Assembly (NCBI GenBank): GCA_963735595.1
Contig: CAVTLK010000001.1
Coordinates: 992,001-1,056,000, forward strand
DNA: 64,000 nucleotides
Source of the DNA: an uncultured delta proteobacterium
GTDB taxonomy: Bacteria; Desulfobacterota; Zymogenia; Zymogenales; Zymogenaceae
Reading direction: 5' to 3'
Shown here in pieces: positions 1 to 11,429 of the stretch (within the stretch, counting starts at the first letter, position 1; every line of letters starts with the position of its first letter). The translations under genes were made by a program, and so were the position numbers. The notes below the pieces were generated by a model. That model had not been told where the DNA came from. It made no database searches and was given only the letters and a program-made list of their open reading frames with translations.

Positions 1-128
1 CTGATGAGAATTACCTCTACGGCACATCCGATGAGAAAACCCCCGATCAAATGCGCCGCAGGTATGAAATACTTATGCGCGGTCAAGTATTTTAAGAAAA
101 GCGGGAAATCCTGTATCAGTTGGTCCAT
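1..128 (-). CDS. Partial membrane protein (N-terminus only, runs off the left edge); possibly MscS family
   Basis: Manual translation MDQLIQDFPLFLKYLTAHKYFIPAAHLIGGFLIGCAVEVILI..., preceded by a GGAGG RBS on the minus strand; hydrophobic segment. Family is a guess. Confidence 0.4.
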   Translation of the reverse strand, partial: MDQLIQDFPLFLKYLTAHKYFIPAAHLIGGFLIGCAVEVILI

Positions 129-373
129 GGAACCCCTCCGTTGGCTGCGTGGACATCGGGCCCCTTACCCCGTGCCGAACCGGCGCGACCTCTGGCGTAT
201 TGTAACGGGTTTGATCGAAAGTGTCAAAGCGTTTCACCGGCCGGCCGACACCCCTATTCCCGACGTCTTAACGAAACGAAAAATCCTTGATTTACATTTC
301 GAAATAGCAGACAATAGTCCCATTGTTAAGAGGACCCGGATATCGGTAATTTGCTGACGATGGAGGATGAATC

Positions 374-871
374 ATGGACGAAAAGATCAAGGGCGCCATG
401 GAGCAGATCTATACGGGCGAGTCAAAGGCTCTGCTGCGGCTTCAGGTCTACGCGAAAAAGGCCGAGGAAGACGGATACCCCCAGATCGCCAGGCTCTTTC
501 GGGTGATCGCGTTTTCGGAGTGGTTACACGGCAGCCGAGCGCTGAGGTATCTCAGGGAGATAAAGGGGACCGAGGAAAACCTGAAGCTCAGTTTCGAGTC
601 GGAGACGAAGGTGGCGGGAGTCGCCTACGAGCAGTTCATCAAGATCGCCACGGAGCTGGACGACAACGCGGCGCTCACGATCTTCGCTCAGTCCCGTGAT
701 GTGGAAGAAACGCATGCGAAGTTATACAAGGAAGCGATGAACCACTTCATGGAGGAGAAAGAGACGACCTACTGGGTATGTACCGTCTGCGGCTACGTGT
801 CCGACGGCGTTCTGCCCGACGTATGCCCGGTCTGCCAGGCAAAGAAGGACAAGTTCGTGGAGTTTAAGTAA
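374..871 (+). CDS. rbr: Rubrerythrin
   Basis: Ferritin-like diiron motifs (GESKA, SEWLH, E..VEETH), C-terminal rubredoxin CTVCG...CPVC, GGAGG RBS. Confidence 0.93.
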   Translation: MDEKIKGAMEQIYTGESKALLRLQVYAKKAEEDGYPQIARLFRVIAFSEWLHGSRALRYLREIKGTEENLKLSFESETKVAGVAYEQFIKIATELDDNAALTIFAQSRDVEETHAKLYKEAMNHFMEEKETTYWVCTVCGYVSDGVLPDVCPVCQAKKDKFVEFK

Positions 872-892
872 CAAGCGCGCCCAACCCGGACG

Positions 893-976
893 GAATTAAG
901 GGGACACCATACTTAATTCATTATACTCCTCGACTAAACGAAAGAACCGGAATTAAGTATGGTGTCCCCTTAATTC
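893..976. repeat. Perfect 27-bp inverted repeat pair with 30-bp spacer (REP/REPIN- or MITE-like)
   Basis: 893-919 GAATTAAGGGGACACCATACTTAATTC is the exact reverse complement of 950-976; each arm is itself GAATTAAG-N11-CTTAATTC. Confidence 0.9.
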
Positions 977-978
977 TC

Positions 979-1827
979 CTACCTTGCGGCCTTTACCTCC
1001 GCGTTGCTCAACCCCAGTTCGAGCCCGTCTGACGCCCGGCAGCTGGCGATAAAGCCCGTAACGAACACCTCTTTAGCCTTTTCGATCGCGGCGATTTCCG
1101 GGCCCTTCCCGCTCACGGTGAAGAATATGCGCGTACGGACGGGCGATTTCGTGTCCGCCTCGGCCTCGAGGTACCGGCTCTCCCTCTCCGTTGGGAGAAA
1201 CGCATCGTAGAAAAACACCACCTTTTCGACCCTGTTGACCTGGAAGGTGCCCGACACGTTCTTACCGATGAGGCCTTCGGCAAGCTCACCCATCTTCGTT
1301 GTTTTTTCGGGATCGGCAAGCGCCGAGATATCCGAAATCTTCTTGTCGACCGACGCAACGTCTACCGTCTCCGCACCCGTGAACCGCTCCTCCGGCAGAA
1401 CGATCAGCGGAAGATCCGACGGAAGGCCGCCGACCACCGATAATCCCTCGGCCGGCTTCGGCGCGGGGGGGGGCGCAGGTTTTCCCGGAGCCGGCGGCGC
1501 CAGGGGACTTGGCCCGACGGAGATCCGTCCGGCGATAAAACAGAGGAACATACCGAAGATCAGCCCGAAGGCGACGAACAGCGTCTTGACCGTATCCTGC
1601 TTGTTTCCCTTCTGTTTCTTGGAGGGCGCCTTATTCGGCGCGCCCGCCTCAACAGGCGTCGACAGGACGCCCGGTTCCGCAAACTCGTCGGCCTCCATTT
1701 CCGGGATATCGGGGGTAACAAAGAATTTCTTCTTGCATTTCGGGCAGTTGACGGCGCTCCCCGATTCCGGGATCAGCCCGTCCTGGATCGTACCGGAATA
1801 ATCACAATGCGGGCAGGTTATCTTCAT
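979..1827 (-). CDS. MJ0042-type zinc-ribbon single-pass membrane protein
   Basis: MKITCPHC...VNCPKCKKKF, one TM helix, Pro-rich linker, beta-rich C-terminal domain. Confidence 0.8.
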   Translation of the reverse strand: MKITCPHCDYSGTIQDGLIPESGSAVNCPKCKKKFFVTPDIPEMEADEFAEPGVLSTPVEAGAPNKAPSKKQKGNKQDTVKTLFVAFGLIFGMFLCFIAGRISVGPSPLAPPAPGKPAPPPAPKPAEGLSVVGGLPSDLPLIVLPEERFTGAETVDVASVDKKISDISALADPEKTTKMGELAEGLIGKNVSGTFQVNRVEKVVFFYDAFLPTERESRYLEAEADTKSPVRTRIFFTVSGKGPEIAAIEKAKEVFVTGFIASCRASDGLELGLSNAEVKAAR

Positions 1828-2052
1828 ATTCGCTCCGTAATAAAGGCAACGGCACAACAAACGTGCCGCCGGGGCAGTGACGGTTGGCGAAAAATCCGCC
1901 GGTAAAATCGAGCGCCTTAACTATAACTAAATAACTTCGGAAAATCAAGTAAAGATTAATAATAGCCCACCGGGGACTCGTTTTCGTTCCTGTCCATAGC
2001 CGCAACCATCCGCCGGGAAACGCGACCCGCTCGACGGACGGCTCCAATTTCC

Positions 2053-2081
2053 TTGTATATTTACGGCCCGCACAGTATAAT
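2053..2081 (+). promoter_or_regulatory. Candidate sigma70 promoter for the patatin gene
   Basis: TTGTAT-N17-TATAAT about 40 bp upstream of a GGAGG/GTG start. Confidence 0.55.
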
Positions 2082-2122
2082 GGCCGGGATTTTTGTTGAC
2101 GCCGACCGCCGGAGGGTACGAC

Positions 2123-3475
2123 GTGAAGACAGCGAAAGTACCGATGATGTTCTGCCTTGTGGTCGCCCTTCTTACCGCTCATGCCTGTGCGTTCTATCCG
2201 GACACCGTGATCGTTTACGACCTGCCGGCCCCGGCAACAACAGGGCCATCCGCCCGCACCGACGGGGAATTCCTGGTACTGGTGTCCGTGACGGGCGGGG
2301 GGAGCCGGGCCGCGTTGTGGCATGCCGCCGTCATGAAAGAGCTCTACCGGCAGGTGAAGCTGCCGGACGGCAGGAGCCTCACCGACGAGATCGACTACAT
2401 CTCGAGCGTATCGGGGGGAAGCCTCTCATCGGCCTACTGGTGCCTTAACAAGCCCGAGGCCGACACGACCCACACGGACCCGTATGACGCCTTCTTCGAC
2501 GAATACCTGGCCGACATGCGCGTCAATATCGAGGCAAAAATGGCCGGCTCTCCCCTCACCTGGTACCGCTACCTTCTCTCGTCGGAGGATCGGGCCATCG
2601 TGCTCAAGGAGACCTTTGACGCGCTTTACTTCGGCCACAAGACCTTCGCCGAGCTTGCCGATCGGCAGCGCCGCGCCGTCGCGCCGGTCCTGATCGCCAA
2701 CGGGACCGACATGGAGACCGGTGCCAAGTTTCTCTTCACGACGCTGCCCCGCACCGATTTCGAGGTACGCCCCGAGCGGATCGCGGGCCGCTCAATGGAG
2801 TCTCTGGCCGAAAGCGACATCTCCTTTGGTGCGGACGTATTTAATGTCGTCACCCCCGGCGATATCGGCGTTTCGGTCATGGACATGGAGGTATCGCTCG
2901 CCGTGGCGGCGTCCTCTTCGGTCCCGCTGGTCCTGGGCCCGGTGGTGATGCGGGACAACAGGAAGTCGGCGCCCGGAAAAGATATCTACGTCCATGTGAG
3001 CGACGGCGGCGTCAACGACAATCAGGGACTGGTGACGCTCATAGAGCTCCTCTATAGGCTCGATGGGCGCGCCGAACGTGATGAAAAGAAATTCACGGGG
3101 GCCGTCGTCCTCATTGTCGACGCCAACCCCCGTATCGACCCGCGCTACTGTCAGGAATCGGTGAGGGCATTTTCGACCATCGAGATGATCGAGCGGTCCT
3201 ACTATACCTGCTTTCACCAGGGGCGCGCCTTCACCTTCCTGACGATCATGAACCTTGTCAGGGACGATCCCCGCCTCAAGGACGTTACCTTCGTCTACCT
3301 GTCGCCCTACCTGGCCGACGACCCCGCGATTTCTGATATCTTCACCCAAACGCCGACGCGATTTAAGATAACCCCGTCCCAGGCCGATGCCATCGAGCGC
3401 GCGGCCGGCATCGTCGTTGAAAGGGCCAGGGGGAAAATACTCGATCAATTACAGAGGAGTAATAGGGAACACTAG
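2123..3475 (+). CDS. Exported patatin-like phospholipase
   Basis: Signal peptide, TGGGSRA oxyanion motif, SSVSGGS nucleophile elbow, DGG catalytic motif; GTG start after GGAGG. Confidence 0.85.
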   Translation: MKTAKVPMMFCLVVALLTAHACAFYPDTVIVYDLPAPATTGPSARTDGEFLVLVSVTGGGSRAALWHAAVMKELYRQVKLPDGRSLTDEIDYISSVSGGSLSSAYWCLNKPEADTTHTDPYDAFFDEYLADMRVNIEAKMAGSPLTWYRYLLSSEDRAIVLKETFDALYFGHKTFAELADRQRRAVAPVLIANGTDMETGAKFLFTTLPRTDFEVRPERIAGRSMESLAESDISFGADVFNVVTPGDIGVSVMDMEVSLAVAASSSVPLVLGPVVMRDNRKSAPGKDIYVHVSDGGVNDNQGLVTLIELLYRLDGRAERDEKKFTGAVVLIVDANPRIDPRYCQESVRAFSTIEMIERSYYTCFHQGRAFTFLTIMNLVRDDPRLKDVTFVYLSPYLADDPAISDIFTQTPTRFKITPSQADAIERAAGIVVERARGKILDQLQRSNREH

Positions 3476-3597
3476 AAGGGAGCAATAGGAGGTCTGACGC
3501 ACCGGTCGGTTCAGGATAGGCACGCGGCTCATCCCCGGCATCAGGTTTCATAATAGATACTGTTTCTTTCATATCACTATCATAGCAGGAGACTTCG

Positions 3598-4965
3598 ATG
3601 AAAAAGGACAGCAGGCTCGGCGCGCCCCTGAAGATCGGGTACGGCGCCGGCGAGTTTTCAAGCTCCATATTCTTCACCGTCACTACCGTGGTTCTCATGA
3701 TCTTCCTGACCGATAACGTCGGGCTGTCGGCTACCCTTGCCGGTACGGCGCTCCTCGTCGGTAAGCTATGGGACGCCATAATCGACCCGGTCATCGGCTA
3801 CCTCTCCGACCGGACCCGCACGCGTATGGGAAGGCGCAGACCGTGGCTCCTGTTTGCCGCCATACCGTTTGCCATTGCCTTCGCTCAAATGTTCAGGAAC
3901 CCGGGGCTTTCCTCCCAGACGGCCCTTTTCTTTTGGACGATGCTGTCGTTCATTGCCCTTTCCACCGCCTACCCGTGCGCCAACATCCCGTACAACGCGC
4001 TGCTGCCCGACCTCACCCGTGATTTCGACGAGCGAACCTCGGTGACCGGCTACAAGACGGTATTTGCCGTCGCCGGGACCCTCATCGGCGCGGGGGCGGC
4101 GATCCCGCTCATCGGGCTTTTCGCCGATAAAGACGCCGGCTACTTTGGGATGGGAATCGTATTCGCGGTCCTCATCGTGATCTCCGTGCTCTCGCCCTTT
4201 TTTGCCGTCAAGGAGCCGCCGCTGCCGAAAAAGGTGGCCAGTCAGGGGATCTTTTCGTCCTATCGGGACGCGTTCTCCAACAAGCCCTTCGTCCTCATAC
4301 TGGTCGTCTGGATGCTCAACACGATCGGCGTCGGCGTGGTGATGGCCTCGATGATCTATTACTTCAAGTATATCTTCCTGAATGAGGCGCTCATCACCCC
4401 GATCCTCCTCGTGCTGGTCCTGACCGCGGTGCTGTTTGTCCCGATTACGGTCAAGATCTCTGAAAAGATCGGAAAGCGCGAGACCTATATTATCGGGATG
4501 TTCATCGCCGCGGCGGCAATCATGGCCTTTTCACTGGTCGCGCACATCATCGGCGTCGTCTACTCGGGTATCATTATCTTCTTCGCGGGGATCGGGTTTT
4601 CGACCCACTATATCATGCCCTGGTCCATCGTCCCCGATACGATCGAGTATGACTATTCCCGGTGCGGCACGAGGCGCGAGGGCATCTTCTACGGCCTGTG
4701 GGTCTTCGTGATCAAGGTGGGGGGGGCGCTGTCGGGGTTTATCGTGGGGTTCATGCTCGACGCCTTCGGGTATATCCCGAACCTCGTCCCCCAGCCGGAG
4801 GCATCGCTCATGGGTATCCGGCTCCTCATCGGCCCGCTGACGGCCGTCTTTTTCATCGCCGCCAACGTCGTGCTCTGGTTTTACCCGATCGACCGGAAGG
4901 CCTACGGCCAGATCATGGCAAAGATCAAGAAAATGGAGGCTGGCCGCGCCGGATCGCCTGCATAG
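3598..4965 (+). CDS. MFS transporter, glycoside-pentoside-hexuronide (MelB-like) family
   Basis: WDAIIDPVIGYLSDRTRTRMGRRRPW, RREGIFYG, ~12 TM. Confidence 0.92.
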   Translation: MKKDSRLGAPLKIGYGAGEFSSSIFFTVTTVVLMIFLTDNVGLSATLAGTALLVGKLWDAIIDPVIGYLSDRTRTRMGRRRPWLLFAAIPFAIAFAQMFRNPGLSSQTALFFWTMLSFIALSTAYPCANIPYNALLPDLTRDFDERTSVTGYKTVFAVAGTLIGAGAAIPLIGLFADKDAGYFGMGIVFAVLIVISVLSPFFAVKEPPLPKKVASQGIFSSYRDAFSNKPFVLILVVWMLNTIGVGVVMASMIYYFKYIFLNEALITPILLVLVLTAVLFVPITVKISEKIGKRETYIIGMFIAAAAIMAFSLVAHIIGVVYSGIIIFFAGIGFSTHYIMPWSIVPDTIEYDYSRCGTRREGIFYGLWVFVIKVGGALSGFIVGFMLDAFGYIPNLVPQPEASLMGIRLLIGPLTAVFFIAANVVLWFYPIDRKAYGQIMAKIKKMEAGRAGSPA

Positions 4966-5026
4966 CCGTGCTGCGGTAGTCATACGCGTCGGGCCGCTAT
5001 CGCCTGTAAAGCAGACAGAATAAACA

Positions 5027-5057
5027 GGGCCGTCCCATCCGGGACGGCCCCTTCTTC
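5027..5057. terminator. Probable intrinsic terminator between convergent genes
   Basis: GGGCCGTCCC-ATCC-GGGACGGCCC, 10-bp stem followed by CTTCTTC. Confidence 0.65.
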
Positions 5058-5136
5058 TCGAGTCGATGCAACCGGGAATCTTGATCGAGGCTATCGGTGA
5101 CCCGGGCGGTGACGGAGTGTCACGCGCCGCCGCGTC

Positions 5137-8100
5137 TTATGCCGTTTTCTTTGTGAACCTATTCCTGATGTCCTCGATGATCATATAGAGACACGGGACG
5201 ACCAGAAGCGTCAGGGTCGTGGAGAAGATCAGGCCCCACACGACGACCGCGGCCATCGGGGTGAGCATGGACTCCCGGCCGCCGAAGCCCAGGGCCATCG
5301 AGAGGAGGCCGCCGATGGTCGTCACGGTTGTCAGGATAATCGGCCTGAGCCTCACCTTGCCGGACGCCACCACCGCGTCATACGCGCTCATTCCCTCTTC
5401 CCGCGAGCGGTTGATGAAATCGACCAACACGATCGCGTCGTTCACAACCAGGCCCACGAGCGCGACCACCGCGATCAGCGCGGTAATCGAGAGGTTCAGG
5501 TCCATGATAAAGAGACCGTAGACCACGCCGATAAACGAAAACGGCACCGCCGTCATGACGATCAGCGGCTGCAGGTACGACCGGAACAGCAGCGCCATGA
5601 TGACGTATACGATCAGTATGGACACCAGCAGGAGCTTACCGACGGATACGAGGGACTCCTGCGTATCCTCGAACTCTCCGCCATAGACGAAGCTGTATCC
5701 GGCGTAATCGGCGCTCCGTGTCCCGAAGGTCCGCATCAGCTCCTTATTAACATCACGCGAGTTCGCCTGCCCCTGGATGACGTTGGCATCAACCGTGATG
5801 GTCCGGTCACGGTCGGTATGGTTGATCCTGAGTAGTCCCTTGTCAAACACGATCTCGGCGATACTCTTGATCGGTATCCTGTCCCCGTTGGAATTGGGGA
5901 CGGAGAGATTCTGCAGGTGATCGATGGTGTCAAATCCGTCCTGATACTTCACGATGATGTCCATCTTCTCGTCGTTGCGGCGGATACTGCCCGCATCCGA
6001 GCCGGAAAACGCGGTCCTGAGCTCGCTTGCAACTGAAGAGACGGTCAGGCCCAGCTTTCCCATCTTGTACTCGTCAAAATAAAAGCGGATCTCCTCCTTG
6101 CCCAGGTCGTAGTCGTCGTCGACGTCGGTCACGCCCTTCATGCTTCTCAGTCTATTCTCGAAATCCCCGGCGATCTTCCTGAGGGTATCGAAATCCTCTC
6201 CCTTGATCTCCACCTCGACGGCCGATCCCCCACGCGGACCCCTTCCCTGCTCCTGGTACCGGATGGACATGACCCCCGGGATTTCGTCGGTCTGTTTTCT
6301 GAGATCGTTGATGATCGCGTCTGCCCCGACCTCCTTGTATCCGTGCTCGGTAAGCTCCACCTGGACCTCACCGGTATAGGCGGCCGTCCTGGCCATAAAG
6401 CGGTTCGAGGTGCTGCCGATCTTGGTCATCACGGCGGCGATTTCGTCGGCCGGGCGCTCGCGGAGCAGCATCTCAATTCGATTTGCCACCGCCTCGGTCT
6501 CCTCGAGGCTGCTGTCCACCGGCATCGTAATGCTTATGGTGAATTTCTCCGAGATGCCCTTCTCCTGGAAGACGACGCGCATGGTCAGCATCCCGAAGAC
6601 GACGGTAATGATCATCAGCCCCACCAGGCCGGAGATGACCAGATAGCGCCTTTTCACCAGCTTTTCCAGGAGCCTGCCATATGAATTTCTGACCTGCTCA
6701 AACCAATCCCAGAATGCCTCGCGCTTCTTGCTGATCCTCGTCTTCACCGACCTCTTGGACATGCCGAACTCGACCAGGTGTGACGGGAGCAGGACGAACG
6801 CTTCCAATAGCGACGCCGTGAAGACGACGACAACGACGGTAGGTATCGCGGTCATGAACCTGCCCATGAGACCGGTCATGAAGATCAGCGGGACGAAGGA
6901 GGCGATGTTGGTGAGCACGGCCGCCAGCACCGGCATCATCACCTCGTTGGTTCCCATGACGGCCGCGTCTTTGATGTCGTATTCCCATCTGGTAGTATCG
7001 GTATATGTTTTCTCCCGACGACGATTGCGTCGTCCACGACGATACCGAGCACCAACAGCATCGCGAACATGGAAAGGAGGTTGAGCGTCATCCCGTAGTA
7101 GTGCATGAAGATGAAGAGCACCAGGAAGCAGAATGGGATCCCCTGGGCCGCCCAGAGTGCCACCCGCGTATCCAGGAAGAGGTAAAGCAACAGTACCACC
7201 AGGAACATGCCGAGCAGCGCGTTTTGGAGCAGGGTCTTCTGGCGCTTGGCCACGTACTTCGATTCGTCCATCAGGGTTGAGATAGAGACGCCGGCCGGCG
7301 CGTAGGCCTCTTCCTCCTCGACGATCTCCTTGACCTCCTCGGCGATATTGATGATATCCCCGCCGGTCTTCTTGGTGACGCCGATATTTATGGAGCGTTT
7401 CCCGTTGAGCCGGTTGATTACCGTTTCTTCCGCATACGTCTCCGAGACCCTGGCGATATCGCCGATCCTGATGACGCCCTCGGACCGGGAGGCTACCACG
7501 ATCTTCGCGATATCGTCGGCCGTCTTCACCTCGCCGATCGCCCGGATCAGGAGGTCCTCCTCTTTCTCCTCCAGGGTACCGCCCGGGGACGTTGAGGTTT
7601 CGCTGCTTGATCGCCGAAACGATCCGTGAGAGCGTCAGGTTGGTCGCCTCCAGCTTCCGGGGGTCGACCTCCACCCAGAATTCCCGGTCCCGATATCCGT
7701 CGATGGTGACGGTGCTGACTCCGTCTATCAGCTCGAATTTATCCTTCAGCCGGTCGGCCGTCTCCCGCAGCGCCTCCTCGGAGACATCGCCGTATACGCC
7801 CGACGGTGATCACCGCGAATTCCGGCTCCATCTTGACGCACAGGGGATCGTCCGCGTCATCGGGGAGGTCGTATACCTTGTCCACCTCGTTTTTTACGTC
7901 GTTGAGCATCTGGTCAAGGGCCATGCCCCTGACGTCCAGATCGGCCTTAATAACGATCAGTGGACATGCCCTCGGTGCTTCGCGAGGTTATCTCGTCGAT
8001 CCCGTCCACGTCGGCGATGGCGTCCTCGATGGGCGTGGTGATGAGGTTCTCGATCTCCTCGGGAGAGGCCCCGGAATACGTGGTCGTGATCATGATGCGG

Positions 8101-8228
8101 CCGAAGTCGACGGAGGGGAACACCTCGCGGCCCAGTTGGGTCACGTAGATAATTCCGAAGACATAGACCAGGATGGTGATCAGGTTGGCAAAAATGGGGT
8201 TCTTGACCGAGAAATTCGTGATGGACAT
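5137..8228 (-). CDS. RND efflux permease (AcrB/AcrD/AcrF family), split by about 4-5 frameshifts
   Basis: Fragments 7947-8228, 7739-7924, 6939-7529 and 5137-7674 assemble colinearly; motifs YSGASPEEIE, GIVVDDAIVV, RLRPIILTT. Confidence 0.9.
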
Positions 8229-8246
8229 GGTGAACGCCTCTCCTGG

Positions 8247-9167
8247 TTACCGGTTTTTCACAATCCGCACGACGAGCCGTCTTTGAGCGTATCCCTTCCG
8301 GAAACCGCCACCTTCGCCCCCGATTTTACCCCCGCGATGACCTCAGCCGCGTCTTCGTTGACGATTCCGAGGGTCACGGGAACGCCGGTGGGCCGTGTTG
8401 TTCTCGATCACGAAGCAGTAGGGGGCCTTCCTCCCGCCCTTCTCGTACAGCAGGGCGCCGACGGGGATGCACGTCACGTCGTCCTTCCGCTCCGTGACGA
8501 TCGTGATATCACCGAACATCCCCGAGGTAAACGAGGGATCGGTCTTCTCGAAACTCAGCTCGACCCGGGCGGTACGGGTGTTGGCATCCAGGAAGGGGCT
8601 CACCTCGTGCACCCGGCCGGGGAAGACGACGTCCGGCACGGAGGGAATCGTCAGCCTCGCCTCCATCCCGGGCCTGATGCGTCCGACCTCCACGTCGGAT
8701 ACCTTGACGACCGCCCTGATCGTATCGCCGCCTACGATAAGGACAAGGGGCGTGGTCGTCGTCGCGAGCTCACCCATGTCCAGGTAGTTGCGGGCCACGA
8801 TCCCGGATATGGGCGCCTCTACGACCACCGGCATATACTCGTCCCATTTCTCCTGCCGCTCCAGGGTTACGAGGGTCGCCCCTTTTGTGACCGGCTCCCC
8901 TTCCCGGTAGTAGTACCGAATGACCTTGCCGGGCGCCAGGCTGTAGACCTCCGCCTCGTTTTCCGCGTGAAGATCGGCGGTATAGAAAAGGGTATCCTCG
9001 ATGCTTCCCAGATACACGTCGGCAACGGTTACGGGTGTACCGGTATCCTTCGGCCGGTCATCGCGAGAATTGCCGTATCGCTGTACAGAACGCGCCACTA
9101 CCAACGACAGAAAACATATCACGATTATTCCCGCCGCGATCTTTACCTCTCGTTTACCGATCTTCAT
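8247..9167 (-). CDS. RND periplasmic adaptor (membrane fusion protein), C-terminus frameshifted
   Basis: N-terminal anchor, APISGIV, GMFGDITI; continues out of frame as VTLGIVNEDAAEVIAGV...VRIVKNR*. Confidence 0.85.
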
Positions 9168-9290
9168 AATTACAGTCCGCTCCTTGTGAGGTCGCGATAA
9201 ATAAGCAACGCCCGCCGTGCGTTATGTGAAGCTCCGCGAACCGACGGCCTCTATCGAATCACCCATCGCCCCCTCCCGAAAAAAAGCAGA

Positions 9291-10652
9291 TCACTGCAGC
9301 AGCTGATCGTCGCCGGCGATCATCTGGAGCCGGGAGAGGGACTCCTCATAGCTGTATATCGCGCTGATGTAGTTAAGCTGCGCTTCGGTAACCGCAAGCC
9401 GGGCGTCCAGCAGATCCAGCAGCGTCTCGACGCCGTTCACGTATCGAAGCTCGGACCGCTCCAGGTTTTCCCTGGCAAGCCGGACGTTGCTCTCCTGCAG
9501 GTTGATGATTTCCTTTGCCTCTTCGAGGTCAAAGTAGGCCTTCCTGATGGAGAGCTTGATTTCCTTGGCCGTCGCCGCTGTGGCAATCTTGGCCTTCTCA
9601 TACTCGGCCTTTGCCTGCCTGTTCTTTGCCGCCGTCACCGCGAGGTCCGTAATGGGGATGGATACCGCTATCCCGCCGGTAAACTCCCAGTTGTCACCGG
9701 AAAAGCTGATGTCGGTTACGTCGCGGGATGACGTGTCATACGACGCGAAGGCGCTGATGGTCGGGAAATAGGCGCCGATGGTCGACAGGACGTTCTTGGC
9801 CGCAACCCGTTCCGCGAGCGTCTTTACCCTCATCTCGGGGCTGCCGGTTTCCGCTGCCGCCAGGTATTCTTTCAGCCCCTTGTCACGCGGGATGTACACG
9901 AGATCACCGTCGAGCACGATGGGTGTATCCAGGTCCAGGTCGAGCATGTCTTTGAGATTATCGTACGCAACAGTGAGATCGTTTTTCGCGATGATCAGGG
10001 AGGTGCGGGCATTGGCAAGCTCCACCTCTATACGGTTGACATCGTACTTGGGGGCAAGCCCGTTCATAAAGTTCTTCCTGGTTATTTCGAGGTTCCTTGT
10101 GAGCACGTCGACCTCTTCGGTCCAGACCTCAACCTGCCGCTCGGCCAACAGGATCGAAAAGAACGCGGTGCGCGTGCCGTAGATCGTCGAGCCGACGGCC
10201 GACCGGTACTGCTCCCGGGCGGTCTCCCGCTGGAGATACGCGATATTCAGTCCCCAGACGGTCCGCCCGCCGGTAAACAGGGGAAGGGACGCGCTGAGGC
10301 CAACATTGTACTGCTCATAAGTCGAGCTGCCCGCCGGCGCGCTCAACAGCTTCGAGTTCGGATCGACGAAGCTGTAGGTGCCGTCGGCGCTCACCGACAG
10401 GACACCCGCCCAATTTTCGAAAATATAGGCGTTTGCCCGCTTGATCTCCAGGGCCGCCGTCAGCACATCGGGTGAGCGTTTGAGCGCGATATCGACGCAC
10501 TCGTCGAGGGTGTAGGAGAGCGCCGGGCTCTCCTCCTGGGCCGATACAACGGCGGGTAGGAGAACGACAAGAAACAGGAAAAGGGGAAGGACTGTCTTTC
10601 GAACGGTATCACTCATGGCGCGGTGCCTCATGCGGGTATTCGTTAATATCAT
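9291..10652 (-). CDS. TolC-family outer membrane efflux protein (start uncertain, possibly 10616)
   Basis: Signal peptide, TLDECVDIAL, LPLFTGG, RYVNGVETLLDLLDA; operon context. Confidence 0.9.
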   Translation of the reverse strand: MILTNTRMRHRAMSDTVRKTVLPLFLFLVVLLPAVVSAQEESPALSYTLDECVDIALKRSPDVLTAALEIKRANAYIFENWAGVLSVSADGTYSFVDPNSKLLSAPAGSSTYEQYNVGLSASLPLFTGGRTVWGLNIAYLQRETAREQYRSAVGSTIYGTRTAFFSILLAERQVEVWTEEVDVLTRNLEITRKNFMNGLAPKYDVNRIEVELANARTSLIIAKNDLTVAYDNLKDMLDLDLDTPIVLDGDLVYIPRDKGLKEYLAAAETGSPEMRVKTLAERVAAKNVLSTIGAYFPTISAFASYDTSSRDVTDISFSGDNWEFTGGIAVSIPITDLAVTAAKNRQAKAEYEKAKIATAATAKEIKLSIRKAYFDLEEAKEIINLQESNVRLARENLERSELRYVNGVETLLDLLDARLAVTEAQLNYISAIYSYEESLSRLQMIAGDDQLLQ

Positions 10653-10831
10653 ATCAGAGAATGGGTTCCACTGTTAGATATGTCATAAAAAAGTAAGCCG
10701 GCCGCATCCGTCGTGAATATCTCCTGCGCGATTGACACGCTAAATTATATGAACATGTTTTATGGCGCTTTCCTTCTCTCTATGACAGAGAATAGTAAAA
10801 AAGATGTTTTGGCTGTAACCGGGCCGATATC

Positions 10832-11419
10832 TTATTTTCCTGGTCCGCCCGAAATGCCGAAAAAGAGCGCCCCCAGCATGGCCTCGATCTCGCGCTCTAC
10901 CGTATTATTATCCTTGTTCTCGAATACCGCGCTGAAGCCGATATCCCGGGTTATTCCCCTAACCGCCCTGGCCGTAAGCGTTAGGTCCTCAAAGGAGAGA
11001 TCGCCTTCGCTTTTCCCGGTGACCAGTATCTCCCTGATGATGGCAAGGTCCTTTTCGCCTTTCTTCTCCATCCGCTCCGGGGGAATTACGGGGGAAAAAC
11101 CCGATTCGTTGATACGGATATTAAGGGTCTCAAACATGTCCTTCATACCGGTGATTTCCCGCATCATGAAGACCCTGAGCCTGTTATACGATCCCGACAC
11201 CTCGCCCACGGCCGCCCGCACGTCCGATTCGATTGCGTCCAGTCGCGTATCGAAGAGCGTGAGCAGGACGTCTTCTCTATTCTTGAAGTATTTATAGAAC
11301 GTCGCCCTCGATATATGCGCGTGCCGGAGGATATCATCAACCCTAAAAGACCAAAACCCGTAGCGCACCGCTAACTCGCGGGCGACATCAAGGATCATCT
11401 TTCTCGTATCTTCTTTCAT
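10832..11419 (-). CDS. TetR/AcrR family regulator
   Basis: HTH: ILDVARELAVRYGF...ISRATFYKYFKNREDV. Confidence 0.9.
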   Translation of the reverse strand: MKEDTRKMILDVARELAVRYGFWSFRVDDILRHAHISRATFYKYFKNREDVLLTLFDTRLDAIESDVRAAVGEVSGSYNRLRVFMMREITGMKDMFETLNIRINESGFSPVIPPERMEKKGEKDLAIIREILVTGKSEGDLSFEDLTLTARAVRGITRDIGFSAVFENKDNNTVEREIEAMLGALFFGISGGPGK

Positions 11420-11429
11420 ATGAGTAATG

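Noticed and set aside
7806..9200. Long ORFs antisense to well-supported genes (also 11577-12452, 20314-21258, 29291-30166, 32376-33419, 33821-34981)
   Set aside because: Shadow frames typical of GC-rich coding DNA; no recognisable motifs
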